From Acanthaster planci (Eukaryota), in NCBI RefSeq assembly GCF_001949145.1, contig NW_019091360.1, positions 4,358,159-4,407,061 of the forward strand: DNA of 48,903 nucleotides, in the 5' to 3' direction. The translations under genes and the position numbers were made by a program. Position 1 is the first letter of the stretch; every line of letters starts with the position of its first letter. The notes under the pieces are model-generated. The model was not told where the DNA came from, searched no databases, and saw only the letters and a program-made list of their open reading frames with translations. Below, piece after piece: positions 11,632 to 25,600 of the stretch.

Positions 11632-14600
11632 CATGGTAAGATGTCAAGATGAGGCAATAAATTCTACATGGAATAAAGGGTTCTGTTCTACATGTACGTG
11701 TATTGTAGATACACAGTGCTGTGGTCAATAATACTGCTGTACCATGTCTTATTCATAACCTACTACTAAGGAATAAGTTTCACCTTCCATCAATGGTTTC
11801 AACAAAACAAAGAACTTTAGATTTCATGTGATTTGGTGAGATGTTGCATGTGTGTTTTAAAATCTTTCACCAGTCAGGCAGTGAAAGCATATTGTTATCT
11901 ACTGCTGTTTTCTTATCCTGTTTATGACCCACTCTGCGTAAGTCACAATGCGCCAGAGCCATTTATAAGCCATGTAAGTCTCAATTCCGACGTTTCCAGA
12001 TGGAACTCTTGTTTCTTAGTAGCAGGTCATGAGTTTTAACCGTTTTCTTGCCATATGGAGTAATGATTGTTTTGGGTAATGACTTTATCACAAGTTTGCG
12101 TTCAACAAATAATGTGACGTTTGAAAAATTGAAAGTTGAATGGAAAAGTGTTTTTGAAAAAATGTTTGAAATTCTGAACAAAATTTATGAAAAGTCTGCT
12201 GACTGCATTTTGTGTGCTAAATGGCTATAGTATTGATGATGAAAACCCATGGGGCCCAAAATGGTGAAACCCTGGCATGTGACAAGTTATACACGCAAAT
12301 GACACAGTGTTCGAGGAAGACACATGTAGAGTTGAGGACACCTAGCTGTCATAAGCTATTCCTGAGCCCCATGTGCCAGGAGGACTTCTGTTATCAGTGT
12401 CTCTCTGTTCCAATGTTGAGGGGGGGGTACTTGAAGTCATAAAGCTGTAAGTGATGAACTCACAGCACACAAACAATGTCAGTTTGACAGTGGGTTGTAT
12501 ATATACATGTATACTCTACATGTCTATCTGTTAAAGGCTTCTTACACACACAATTGTACTGTGGAAACTGGGATCCAAAACACACTGTATTGATCAAAGA
12601 AAGTTTTCAGCCTGTAGCGTTGGGATTAATTTTTTACTTAATATACTTTGATGAGTGCTTAAGCTTTTTGCAGGTTGCACTTTTTGACAGGTGCTCTAAT
12701 TAAAAAACAAGCAGTTTGACAACAAAGCTCATATGATTAACTTCCAAGTATAAAGATAAAACTGCAGCAAAATGCCCCATCTGCTATGTTAGGTCATCGT
12801 GACAAATCTGGAGTAACTTTCAAACTGCTACTTCGTGAAAAAGCAGTAAAGTTAATACATTGTCATATTAAGAGACTGTCTACTTGTCAGCTGCATGCAA
12901 AATTGGTCTTCCTATATATATGTACATATCGGGGGAATGTTTTGTAATCCAAATACATGTACTAACATAATCGTGACTACAATACTCTGAATGCATACAT
13001 GTATTTGGTTTTTATGTTACGCATCTGACACATGACTCAACAAAGAATGTGCAGGTCTTTGAGAGATGAAATTTCTTCTGGAAAATGCAAAATCACATTG
13101 TTTAATTGGCTTCCACTTACATTCAAATTGGAACAAGATATTATGTACATGCACATGTATGTAAGAGCAAGGAAGTCATGTCCGTCCCACAATGCTTTGT
13201 TCATAGTATTAACGGGTCAAAATTTCCTGTTTGTTTTTCTTTCTCATCTGAAAATCAAACTACATGTACATGTACGTGGCTTGTTTGTAATGTACACTTT
13301 TCATCTTTAGTTCATAAGTTATAATGTTTAGACTGAACTGATACTGGTACAGGGTTGTATTCCATTTCCCTGAATTAAAGGTGACTGAACTTTATTGCCT
13401 GTTCATGAATACCTAGGACAGTTGGAGCATTCTTATTGGTTGAAAGTCCACCATGTGGGTGCCTTTCAACTGTTAGTAAAATGCTGCTGATTGCCATTAC
13501 ATTATGCATTGTGGAGGCACACTGCATTCCAGTCTCCATGTTAGGAAATGTATTGTCCATGTTAAAGACTTGGTCCATACACGTGATTTTCAGGGGTTGT
13601 ATTTCACAGTACAGGAAGTAAATGGTTGAACAAAATAATTGGAAAGTTGTCAATTCTTGAGCTGTGTTGGCTTTTTTACCAGTAAGGTATAGTTTAGAAC
13701 AGTTTAAAACTTGAAATTTATAACTGGCAATGGTCTGGTTTCTAATGGCAGTCTTTGTCTTTTCCCTTGGGTTCTTATCAGTGACCTGGCTTCATTGTAA
13801 AGCGTACCTAATCATGGTATAGTTCACTGTCTTATATCAGTTTGTTTTCCAGTGTCATATGAGCAACATGATTTGTTATCAAGCTATTTGATGTACATGT
13901 ACTCTTGCTTTTTCGCCTGCAGTCATACAGAATTCTGTCTCAACATAATATAAACAGGTGCTTTTTGTTAATAATGTGAATGTGCTGTGCATGGGAGCAT
14001 GTGGCTTTTTATGAGTGGGTGAGGATGTCAAATGTTGTCTTAGAGCACAGGTGACACCTCTAACCAATCCTTAAATGGAATGAAAGATGGTTTTGCTATG
14101 GCGATCATTGCATCATCTTTTTTGGTTTGAAGACCTGAGGAAGGGCGACATTACAGTGCCATGTCTATACTCCCCTGAACTAATTTGAGTGAAACATTTT
14201 ATTACAAAAAATAGGTTTATGTTTAATTTCTACCGTGAAAAGGTTTCATTGTTCAACTATGCATGAAGTAGGATTTCTACTGTCGTATTTGTGTGCATGA
14301 GTGTTGTATAGAGGAGCTTTCTTAGATTAAATGGAAATTTTGGAACCCATGTCATTTCAAGAGCCAACTACTTTTACCATCATTATTTTAAAAGCTTCAT
14401 TGATAGGGTCTATTTTTTCTTCCTGTTGTATGGAAAAAAGTAATTAAACTTCTCTGAGCACCCCTCACCATCAGGAGTCTCCCTCTGGGGGCAAGAGGGG
14501 GGTTGGATGGCAGAATACAGGCATCAAGTTTCCTTCATAATTCTACAATTTTCTTTGTTTTGAAATGTTCTGTCAGAAGGTAGGGGGTGGCCTCCCCCCG

Positions 14601-16400
14601 AACATTCCTGCCTACTTCCCTGGCATTTAAATTGAGTTTGTTGTGAAAATTGTGGGTAAGATACAAATGAAGGATTGTGAAGTTCTTCAATTGTTTACAG
14701 TTGATAGATGACTTAATTTCTCACATCGGATAGCAGTAGGCTGCATTGAAAATGTGAATAGGAATATTGAGATAATAAACAATTATAGCCTTACGTTTAA
14801 CCGGTGCGGATACTATTTTACCCTTTTGTTTCATCCTTTATATGCTTGAAACAAAGTCTTATCTTAATGTTTAGATTAATGGTATTATTGCCAAATGTTG
14901 TAAATCAAGTATTGTTTACTTTTTTAATGAACATTAGAAATGTCAAAAATATATGCATTGTATGAACAAATTTGTAAAGTTAAAGTCTCAACAATATGCT
15001 TCCAAACACACAATATAAAATATTTTATGGAATTTGCCTTGGTATTTTTGCACTTTCTTTTTCTAAATGGAATTTCTTAATAGGCCAGCTCTATGCTTAC
15101 ATGTAAGTAGGTGTGTAGATTGGAATGGTTTAGGATAACAGAGGATGAAATTTTGTTTGTCAAGATGAAGTTAGGTTACCTCGACCAATGTAAAGAGTAG
15201 TGCTGTAGTTTTGCTAGAGATTCGATGGATAGCTATTAGGTTTTCCGATCTTATAGTTAGCTGTAAGTTTCCAAAAGATGTGTAGATGTAATTTAATTTA
15301 TAATAAATAGCTATCATTGTTGGAACTACAACAAATGAAATGTCATATTATATTCAAGATAAATAAATAGTGCTTTTAACATTTAGTCCCTAAAATTACT
15401 GTCATAGTTTGTTTTTTATTTGTTTTCTCACTCCCACCCAGGATTTTATGATCACAACCACTTGGAAAAGATGTAAGCGAAACAAGTTCAAGCATAATTT
15501 TTTATTTCCATATCTAAGCAGTTTTTGTTTGTAAAATTTTTTTTCTCCACTAACCATTTTCCCCCAAAATTTAGAGGGCCACAAATGTTTTTATCTACCT
15601 TGCCCCAAGAAAGAACATCAATGTCTTGTTTCGGCAGAAAATGTGTGGGTTTCACAAAAATTATGTTTTTTGGAGATCTGTCTCAGGCATCGTCTCTGAC
15701 ATTGGAACCACTTGGGATGACATCATACTCTTCAGTGTTCTTTCAACAGAGCGGATTTTTTATGGAGCTGATGACAGAAAAGTTGGGGAATAAAATCATC
15801 AGATGGATGTGGAGACCTAACAGATTAAACATTGTAAAGAGTTTCAACTTGACTATCAGCTCAACAGTGTTGTGCTGGTGACTTGGGTTACAGGCATCGC
15901 ATTGAAGTACAGGCACGATGTTTCAAAATTGGAGTAGATTTCACCCAAATTCTTTTGGGTGATCAGCTTTGAATACAAACTTTCACAAAAGACTACAGAA
16001 TTTCCTGCTTAAAATTGGACAGAAATTGCTGAATGTTTTTAAGGCTTTAAGGGGTTACATTTCCCCCTAATTATTTGAATTGAGATTTGATGTATTTAGC
16101 ATCTAGATTTTCATTTGCAGGGGGAACTTACTAAAAATAAAGCACTCCCCTCGAAAAAGGGCTCCTATATATTTAGGGGCCGTGGGCCCCCACTGTTTCC
16201 CACCCTAGATCTGCTCTTTGTTAGTTAGTATCTGTCATCTGATGGCATGAAGGGCCCTCGTGTGAGATGGGGCCAGGTATGAAGTAATAGTTGGATTTTT
16301 CCATGGAGTTGCAGTGTTTGGAGCTGGAAGACTATCAGGGTGCAGACCACTAATTCAAGTGAGAATTTCTGACCAGCTTATTAGCATTAAAAGTGCCCCC

Positions 16401-16975
16401 NNNNNNNNNNNNNNNNNNNNNNNNNNNNNNNNNNNNNNNNNNNNNNNNNNNNNNNNNNNNNNNNNNNNNNNNNNNNNNNNNNNNNNNNNNNNNNNNNNNN
16501 NNNNNNNNNNNNNNNNNNNNNNNNNNNNNNNNNNNNNNNNNNNNNNNNNNNNNNNNNNNNNNNNNNNNNNNNNNNNNNNNNNNNNNNNNNNNNNNNNNNN
16601 NNNNNNNNNNNNNNNNNNNNNNNNNNNNNNNNNNNNNNNNNNNNNNNNNNNNNNNNNNNNNNNNNNNNNNNNNNNNNNNNNNNNNNNNNNNNNNNNNNNN
16701 NNNNNNNNNNNNNNNNNNNNNNNNNNNNNNNNNNNNNNNNNNNNNNNNNNNNNNNNNNNNNNNNNNNNNNNNNNNNNNNNNNNNNNNNNNNNNNNNNNNN
16801 NNNNNNNNNNNNNNNNNNNNNNNNNNNNNNNNNNNNNNNNNNNNNNNNNNNNNNNNNNNNNNNNNNNNNNNNNNNNNNNNNNNNNNNNNNNNNNNNNNNN
16901 NNNNNNNNNNNNNNNNNNNNNNNNNNNNNNNNNNNNNNNNNNNNNNNNNNNNNNNNNNNNNNNNNNNNNNNNNNN
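16401..16975. other. Assembly gap (575 N)
   Basis: Run of N. Confidence 1.
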
Positions 16976-17180
16976 GGGATTTATCACTGCTGTCTATGGG
17001 AATTTACCTGTAGTGGTGCACCCTGAATTTGTGGACTGGACCCATCAGGCACGTTATTACATTGTAGCGCCCTCAGTAGCCGATTTTTGTCCAACTTCAG
17101 CAGATGACTGATTTCTGACTGACCGTATGCGCATTTTGCCTTACAAATGTTGTTTCATGAAACAGCCGTTGGATACTTAA

Positions 17181-17300
17181 AAAAAATTCCCGCGAAAAAA
17201 GTGACTGACGCGCACACGGCTGGCTACGTGCGGAAGTAGCAAACTAGCTTTAAACGTTGACGATTTCCGGTTTTTTCGTTGGAGTTTGGCGCGATAAATA
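17181..17300 (+). promoter_or_regulatory. CDC6 core promoter region with E2F and ETS sites
   Basis: Locally CpG-rich; TTCCCGCGAAAA (17187-17198) and TTTGGCGCG (17285-17293) match E2F consensus; CGGAAGT (17231) and TTCCGG (~17265) match ETS; lies just upstream of a strong donor at 17358/17359. Confidence 0.7.
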
Positions 17301-17358
17301 CCACATAGACGTCTTAGAGCTGGTTGTGTCAAGATTATCTCCAGGATCACGACCAAAG
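17230..17358 (+). other. CDC6: Putative non-coding first exon of CDC6 (start approximate)
   Basis: Ends at AAAG|GTAAGG (alternative GT at 17364). The ATG-containing exon is preceded by an acceptor (cagcag 19316-19321), so an upstream UTR exon is required. Confidence 0.55.
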
Positions 17359-19326
17359 GTAAGGTAAATTCTTCAACTTTTGACCACGATCATGCCCATG
17401 CCGCCTGCTGACTTGTTGGCAGGTTAGTGTTGCACTCGTGCCCAAGTTGCAGTGTTGACGCGGTCGTCTCTCATGATCTTCGAGTGTACATCATACTAGT
17501 AGTAGTATCAACGTCAAGCCTATAGCGTGTGGGCTGTGAAGGCCTATCCTAGTTAGTCTGTTGGACTCCCTCCGTATCCTTGGCCCCACAACTACTGACG
17601 GGTACAGTCCACCAATTCAAGCCCCATTGAAAACAGTGTAAAATCAGCACTGTTCAGGGCGCAATAACATGCACGCCAATACTTACCCCCACTAGTGTGG
17701 CACGGACTCTCCTGCCGATCCATCCTTAGCCACACATCGGTATATACGCAATTTCGTTTTGGCGTATTGAACATTTCGGCGCACCCACTTATCGTGGGCG
17801 GAATTTCTTAAGGGGATGGCAGGGTTCTTGGATACAGTGTAGATTATATAGCTGGTAACTTGAAAGTCTGTAAGTCAACAAACGAGATGTGCACACATTT
17901 TCAAGTGTTAGGAAAAAAAATTAAATTAATTTGACGATCATTTACATGTATGTGCAACTCATGCCCTGTTCATAGAGTATAACAATTCCTGGTGTTGGGT
18001 TTTGACTGCTTATTGGACAACTTTTTTCCACAATAAAGCAAAAGAATGCATTTTAGAGGTTGAACAGATTGTGTTTTGACAAATTTGCCTTTGGGCCCTT
18101 ATCAATTTTTGACAATGGCCTCCGTGCCCTTTTAAATGGCCTTGGTGCCCATGGAAATTTTGACTTCTCCAAGGCAAAAATGGCCTAGGCCTCTAAAGAA
18201 ACAAATTTCGAACCCTGCTTCAATCAGGAATTGCAATTGAATGGAACCTATCTGGCATTAGAACCAGCAAGAAAAGTGTTGTCGTCACTCCAGTCGATCC
18301 CGTGAGTTTAAAATTCAAAGTTTACATTTGGGGAAAAGTTTTCTAGTTAGCCAAACACACGGTGGACTACTGGCCAGTTTCACTGAAATTTGACATTTTC
18401 CAGATGTAATCCGACTGAACAACTTTCATGATACAAAACAAAAGTAAACGGCCATGATAGTGATGCATACTTCAATACTTCAAGACAGTCATCTTGCGCG
18501 GCCAGCCAGGTGCTACATGTTCAATGTACAGTATGTGATTTCACTTATTCAGTCTAGTGCACTGCCGTACAGTGTACACATGTACATGTTCTGTATGTAT
18601 GTATAGTGTACACGCATACACGAAACTGGAGTGATGGCTCTGCGTGTGCAGTGGTTCACTTCACGTTATAAATCGCCTTTGTGGTCTGCGGTCACAAGCC
18701 CTGCCGAGTTAATGAGGTGCAGGGTCAGGCTTAAAACCACAAAGCTTGCATTGAACAGCGTGTCAGGTTCACTGATTATGTTAGCGTGTTGGGTAAAATT
18801 CTGACCTGCACTGTACGTGTAGCACTTGAAAATGGTGAAACAGATTTCAGACCATGATTCCCAATACTTTTGAAAACCTGACATTTTTATTCACCAATGT
18901 CTCATTCCCACCTGATGACGAGCATGCTGTTGATGCTGTTCATATTTATCACATTGCACTTTTGTTGGACCGGCCAGTGGCTGAGCTTGCTCTGCCTATC
19001 TGCATTTTGGTTCGACCATTTTTTGAGGCGGGTTTTTTTTTTCTAAGATTTGCAATCTGTCACAGCTACACAGTGCAGCACATATCGCATGTCCTGATGG
19101 TCCAGCTTAGGTTGCTCAATAAGAATAAGATGCAATCCCTTGCTTCCAAAAATGGGCAAAGGAGCCAGGATGTCAGGTGAAAGATTCCGGTTTTCATCAA
19201 ATGTCTTGGAAGTTTGACTTTATTATACCTGGGTCTGAACTTGTGTTGCATTTGAACGAGGAAATATTTTGATGAATTTTTTTTTTGTTTTTAATTTGAC
19301 TTGTTCTACCATCCACAGCAGTTGCA

Positions 19327-19636
19327 ATGCCTGTAAAAACAAGACAAGTACAAACCCCACTACCTTTCAAGTGCCGCAAGACACGGAATAGTGGCAAGAC
19401 TCCGCAAAGGGCATCTGTGGAAAGAAGTCAAGCAACTGAAGTAAGGAAGTTGACTACAGTGTGTAGAACCCAAAAAGATGACAAAAACCAAACCCAAGTA
19501 CAAGGCACAAAGACTCCTGAGAAATCATCTTCACATCACTTAGGATGTGTTAGAAGAAAATCATCACCGTGTGATGCAGCAAGTCAGTCTGGTCAGATGC
19601 TACCGTCTTCTCCTAGAAAAAGAACCTTATTGCAAG
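19327..19636 (+). CDS. CDC6: CDC6 coding exon 1 (N-terminal regulatory region)
   Basis: ATG 8 nt after the acceptor; MPVKTRQVQTPLPFKCRK...SSPRKRTLLQ; CAAG|gtaagc. Confidence 0.85.
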
Positions 19637-22600
19637 GTAAGCTGTGCTCAGAAAATTTTAAGCCAGTCAACGAAGACCTGGTGATTACCCAGCTTTTTAT
19701 CAAAAACAGGAAAGTGCCTTTTTATTTCAACGTATTCTTTCCCTCTATTGCAGCTGGTATCAGTGTTCTCCATGGGGGTTGTAGCAGGATGGGCCGCCCT
19801 GCCAAAATTTAGTCTCACTAAATATTTTTGGCCACCCCGCCAAAAATATCACTGCCCTGGTATTTTTGCAATTAGATTTTCCCTATTCTCCACTCTCTTT
19901 ACAGTTTATCTAAATGGAAAAGATTGCTTGAAATAAACCTTCTTTCCTTCTGCTTCTAAAACTACTTCTTTTGTGTTCTACATTTTCAAACAAGTTCAGT
20001 GAGAAAAGTGAAATATAAGCTTCTTGTACAAAATTTTGTTTTCAGAAAACATCTAGAAAGGAAATTTTCTTCCAGCTAGATTTTTGTTGCAGACTTTTCA
20101 CATTTTTGAACGGTTTGTCAAAAATCATGAAAGCCCAAAAATCGACCAAAAAGTACAATACTTTGCTCTTAATTAACAGTCCTATAAATTTTTGCATCTA
20201 ATGTCTGTTTAAGGTGTCATAGCCAAATTGACTAAGCGTTCCACTTTGCGGACATTGCGCGGAATCGTGGAGAGCATGCTAATCCCTGCCAAACAAAAGA
20301 GCCGTAAGCAACCCAGCGGCTCCGTGGATGGAATGCAATATGCAAGCTTAATGCAAATACAAACCTCATGAATACGCCCGATCTTCTGCGTATCGGCTGG
20401 CAATCTTTGGCAGGGCGATTCCCTTGGAATTAGCATGTGGCCGAGTTTCGCTGACTGACCGGTCGACTTCCAGTTCGAACAGGATCTGCCACCAACTTAA
20501 AAACCACAAGGTTTTTATTTTCTGAAGTTGGCCGGCGCTCCTGGTGGGAATTCCGAAATGAAAGCATACGTTTAGGTACTGTGCAGGATTTGCATGTACT
20601 GTGGTTTGCCAAAATTGACTGATTTGGGGATTTGTGACTTAATAACTTTATGTACATGTGTCATTCGAGGGACTATTTCAGCTTTTGAGTACACTGCTCC
20701 GAGAAAAATCGAGAAAAATGCTGTTCATTTTTATCACTCAGTGCTCAGTTCGTTTATATTTGTCTTGCAAAATACCATGGATCTCAGGACGGAGGGGTGA
20801 AACCGAGATGATATAAATTGTAATTTATATAAGGTAAACTTCCAAAGTTTCATAAATAAAGTTTAACTTCAGATCAGGCCAAATTCTCTTTCAGGTCGTT
20901 AGTTATGGTTCTTTATCTATTTTATAAGCTAATAATGACTTTAGGTGAATCGATGTGTGTTGGCATTTTGCACAGCTCTGTTAACGGTTGCAATAGTTGA
21001 AATTTTCTGAGAAAAAAATTCTCGAAAATGAAAAGGATTTCACAGATTGTCTGACACTATTACCGTGTGTACTTACATGTACATGTACTTTACAGCAAGA
21101 TGTTTCAAGATAATTCGACAGTCCCATTTGTTTGATCTTACAAATCCCATAGGCTTACACACCCCAGCACAGGGCAGAAAGCTGTCTGACAATCGTAAAA
21201 TAAGTCACAGCATAAAAATGTGCTGCCATCAGAACAATGAGTTCAAAATTTCTTGTAGCTTTTAAGTGTATGATCAGTCATGCATGTTCTGTAGTAATTT
21301 GCTATGCATCTTTTGTTCAATTGCATTTTCATTTGAACTGGTCCATACACATGCAGGTCAAATGGATAATGAACAAAAAGTTTGAGAATCGAAGATACAA
21401 TGTAATTGTGCACTGCCACAAGAACAATATTGACATTTTTTTTTTACTTGTTATAACCACATGTTATGGTGGTTTTTTTTTAATTGAGTAACTCACATTC
21501 TGTGAGGTTTGTTCTAGCATTGCATTGAGGCAGGACTTAACTTCTATTTTCAAATGGTAATCAGTTGATTTTTTTTCATGTTGCATGCACAGAAGTCTCA
21601 ACAAATGATGAACGACGTGTGACACCATGCTGCAGCCCTAGAAAGATGAAGAAAGAAAATATTCCTGTCACTGACGTAATTGAGGACAGTTCTGTTCTTG
21701 CTGATGATGCAGATATTTTTGTCAGTCCTAGACAAAATCATTCCAAAGATTTGAAATCAGTAAACTGTCATGTGCATCATGTGAAGACAAGCCCAGCAAA
21801 AGGTGCATGTGTGAAGTTAGAGTGCAATGCATCACCTCAGAGAAGCAGGAAGGATAGCACAGGGGAGAAATTTACATCACCAACAGTAAGGGGATCTCTG
21901 AACAAGACGATTACTCCATTGAAGCTTGAAAAAAATGAGGGTGAGTACACGATGCCTCAATTATACCGATGGGTCTTAATGTAGGACTACAGTTGGACTC
22001 TATAGAGTTGCCAAATTTCTATTAACCACTTGTTGCCAGGGAACCCCGTTTCGAGCACCATGGGTTTATAAGCAGAGCAGGGGTGCCCGAAATGGGACAA
22101 AAGAGCTGGTTCGTGTAACACAAGACCGTACTCGGAACAAAAGACCTGCTGCTGAGAATTGCCATCATTTTTTCGGCTTGCATTTTTCGAAGGTAATAAT
22201 ATGTTCTTAAACAGTGTACCACTGTTTTTGGCATAGCTTGCTCGCGGATTAGCACCGCGGACAAAAGTGCTCTCGGGCTCCATTGATGAGTGACAAAGCA
22301 CCGCTGCATGCTAATTCAGCCACGTTTGAAAAGATGCCACTCGCATTCACTGGGGACAAAGAAAATTGCGCAACACCTCACAATTCTTGGCTCTCTTTAC
22401 AGGGCGGCAGGCTTGGCTGAAATATTCAGGCGTCAGTGAAGGTCACCTGTTAGCTTAGAAAAGCCACCAAACAGTCATTCGTGTAAACGTCCATGAAATG
22501 ATGAATTTTTGAAAAATTTTGAAAACTGAAAATCTTGAAAATCGTCCTTACGTGTGCAGTGCCATTTTTAAAAGCACCCGGCAGCATGTGGTGAAAAAAT

Positions 22601-25600
22601 TCCTAACTTTATTCTCCCTTGTTTTGCCGCAGATACTAAGCAGAAAGCATCAAACTATGTCGGTTTGCATTTCATTGATGACATCAAAAACTAGATTCTG
22701 CTTACACGTGTTACCGATGCGTATGACACGGTGGAGGCTATGTTATGGCACACGCTGTTGCACTATCCACTCTGAGCAGGAACAACAGAGGGTGTGCTTT
22801 TTCATAACAAAGACAATCCTTTGGTGGGAATCTGTTGCTTACACACTCAAGTTAGTAAGCGTTTGGCGCAGGATACAATGAGAGTGTGACAGTCGAATGT
22901 ATGATCTCTGCTTGTATGCCAGGCGTGTATACATATCAGTTTGGAAAACTTCCCACTGTCCGGTCTCTTCTTAGCTAGTGAGGGTGCACTTCAACAGGAA
23001 CAGATCATACTGTTCATGTACATGTAGTTAGGCAGCCCAACTGAAACATTACAGTTGGGTCCGTTTGGATGAGCAAGTTTACTTGTCATGAACTTTGGGT
23101 TGCATGGACTTCAATTTAGCACTGTGAATGTCATTGTACCACTTATTTTGATACGCGTCTTGTTGAATAAAAGCCCTGTTGGTTTGTTGAAACTGTTCAT
23201 TGATTAATACATGTACATGCACTGCAGGCTGTGGGCACTATTCGCTCCATAAGTACCACTGTCCATGTAAGACAGTTTCATGTTCCATGTGTAGGCACAT
23301 ACATGTACATGTACCCAGATGTGGTTAGAGGGAGGTTTCACAAAACATAAAGTAATATTTACGAGCAAAATTGTGGGCAGGTTTTGATCTGTAAGTTTTG
23401 ATATTTACTCCCTTATCAAAAACTGTTGGTAGCCGAGGAGTATGTGGACCTGATGTACATGTACCTAAAACGAACATTTTATTCCTGACTCATTCTCTTT
23501 GACAGATGTTCATTTGCAGTAGCTGTAGATTGTAACATTCTCAATGGTCCATCTGTTTTCTACTCTTTTTGTAGGAGAATGTTATAAGAAGATCAAGCAG
23601 TCCCTCCATACAGCTCTACCTGATCGTCTGCTGTGTAGAGACAAGGAACTTGGAATGATGACATTATTCTTAAGGAGTCATGTGACCAAGGCTCAAGCTG
23701 GTAGTTTGTACATTTCAGGAGCGCCAGGAACTGGCAAGACGGCATGCCTGTCCCAGGTCTTAAATAATGAGAAGGTAATGGTAGCATATTAAAATCAAGA
23801 ACACTGGGCTCTTGCATTCCTTACAGTGACATCTTAAGGCACAATGTCAGAAAGATTTTTATCAGCACGCTGCGAGCCACCGCTGCACCTCGCGGCACAT
23901 TTTTCCAAGTCACCTGTCCACCCTCTGCAGGAGGAGCAGCTTGGCACCCAGATCAGTCTCCAGCTCGTTAAATATCCCTATTGTGTGCTCGTTATTGTTA
24001 GGTTAACAAGCAGCATGAATAGGGAAATTCCTCTTTCACACAAGGCGTGCCACGCCGCACCGATGTCCATTGTGAATTTCAGCCACAGAGTGAGTCCTGT
24101 GAGATCAAATTTCACGGTTGGAATATACTCGTTTTCCTATCTCCAGATCTGAAAATTTTTCAGCCTTCAGCTCATATAGAATGTTAAATTTTTCATCTGG
24201 ACAATTTTTGATGACATTAATGATGACACTCTATTTCAAATACATTCTCTGACTATATATTCAGGCTTGTGGTAGTTTAACTGGGTTTGTCTACTCGCAA
24301 TCAAAAGCGCCAACTATACAGTAAGGGAATGTAATAATTGATGTCACCGTGACCGGCCAATGACTGACACTGTCTTAAGTAGCTGATGGTAGGGGTAGCA
24401 GGCTTTCAACTTTTATAACCAATGATAACTAAGAATATGTAGAGCTTATATATCGATTGGTTTCTGGTTTCTTGTTTGCATCTCGGCGATCGGTTTGTTG
24501 ACAGTTGAGCGTGGAGGAGGGCAGTTGATGACTGGTTTGATAGGGCTGTTTAAAGGTGATACACAGATGCCAGGCGGTGGGCATCCGTTCATACACAGTA
24601 ACAGAAAAATGTTTGGAGAGTGAGCCTTCTGTTTCTCCAAAAAGCGTTGTTGTTAGTGGACTATTGTGACAACTCCAAGATTTTGTTTCACCTGTTGGAC
24701 AAATTCAAAGGTGCTTTTTTGCCCAACAGAAAGCGAAAGCCTTTAATAGTGAAAATAGCCAGCATTGAATGAGTGTCTGTGATTCTGTCGGCACACTGTG
24801 GCTGCCCACAAGTATCCGGAATGCAGTCATCCATGAAAGCATTATGCAAATCTGTACCCTTTTTTATGCAGGAACACTAAGTAGGTCGGCGGCGCTGAGG
24901 GTTGGTCAGCTTGGCATGCCGACCTTTGGCGCTGTGGAGCACGCCACGGTGTGCTGATTAAAACCTTTTTGACATCGTGCTGTAATCAAACTTAGATTTT
25001 ACAATTCAAAGCTGTTCTAGTTGAAGTTACTCTTCATTTCCATTTTCCATGGGAAGAATGGAATTTTTTATGTACACGAAAAATGAAATCTTTTAAAGTC
25101 GAACCTTAGGGGAATAAATAAAACTAGTTATCTGAAGTTTGAGTTCAGCAAGGTTTCCGATTTTTCTGTGAGTCATGCATACTGAGATGGGTTTTGCTTT
25201 TACGCAGTGTCTGTTTGCTTCTTTTGATGGACTTAAAATGGGCAATCTTGGTTAAAAACCATCCTTTTGTTCTTATAACCCTAACCCTCCCAAATCCTCC
25301 AAAATCCTTTTCTGCAAAGTGAAGGAATTTGGAGGATTTGGGTGTATGGCAAAAGTGCTGATTTCTAAGGATGCCATACGTGAAAGTCGTGGATTAGACC
25401 TTATGTTGTTTGTGCTTAGTCCACACTGCCTCAACATAATGACAGGAATTGCTGGAGGATTTTGAAGAATTCGGGCAGTTCGGGCAGTTAGGCACACCCC
25501 CAAATAACATTTTTTCAAGAAATTTTGGAGGATTTTGGCTGAAATTAATTTTTACATGTTGGAGGATTTCTGAGGATTCAGGATGGTTCCTTGTAAGAGA

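Noticed and set aside
11632..11641. ATG|GTAAGA donor-like site 4 nt after the Ras stop (possible 3'UTR intron)
   Set aside because: No evidence of use, AATAAA signals follow directly, and it would not alter the protein.
16314..17111. Long ORFs of 206-265 aa in the ORF track
   Set aside because: Artefacts of translating through the N gap.
17008..17134. Minus-strand coding first exon of a divergent gene
   Set aside because: The ATG frame stops after 25 codons and the frame open to the donor has no ATG; retained only as a lncRNA candidate.
18600..19090. Minus-strand peptide FQKYWESW... faintly like a hAT-transposase N-terminus
   Set aside because: Too degraded to support without a profile search.
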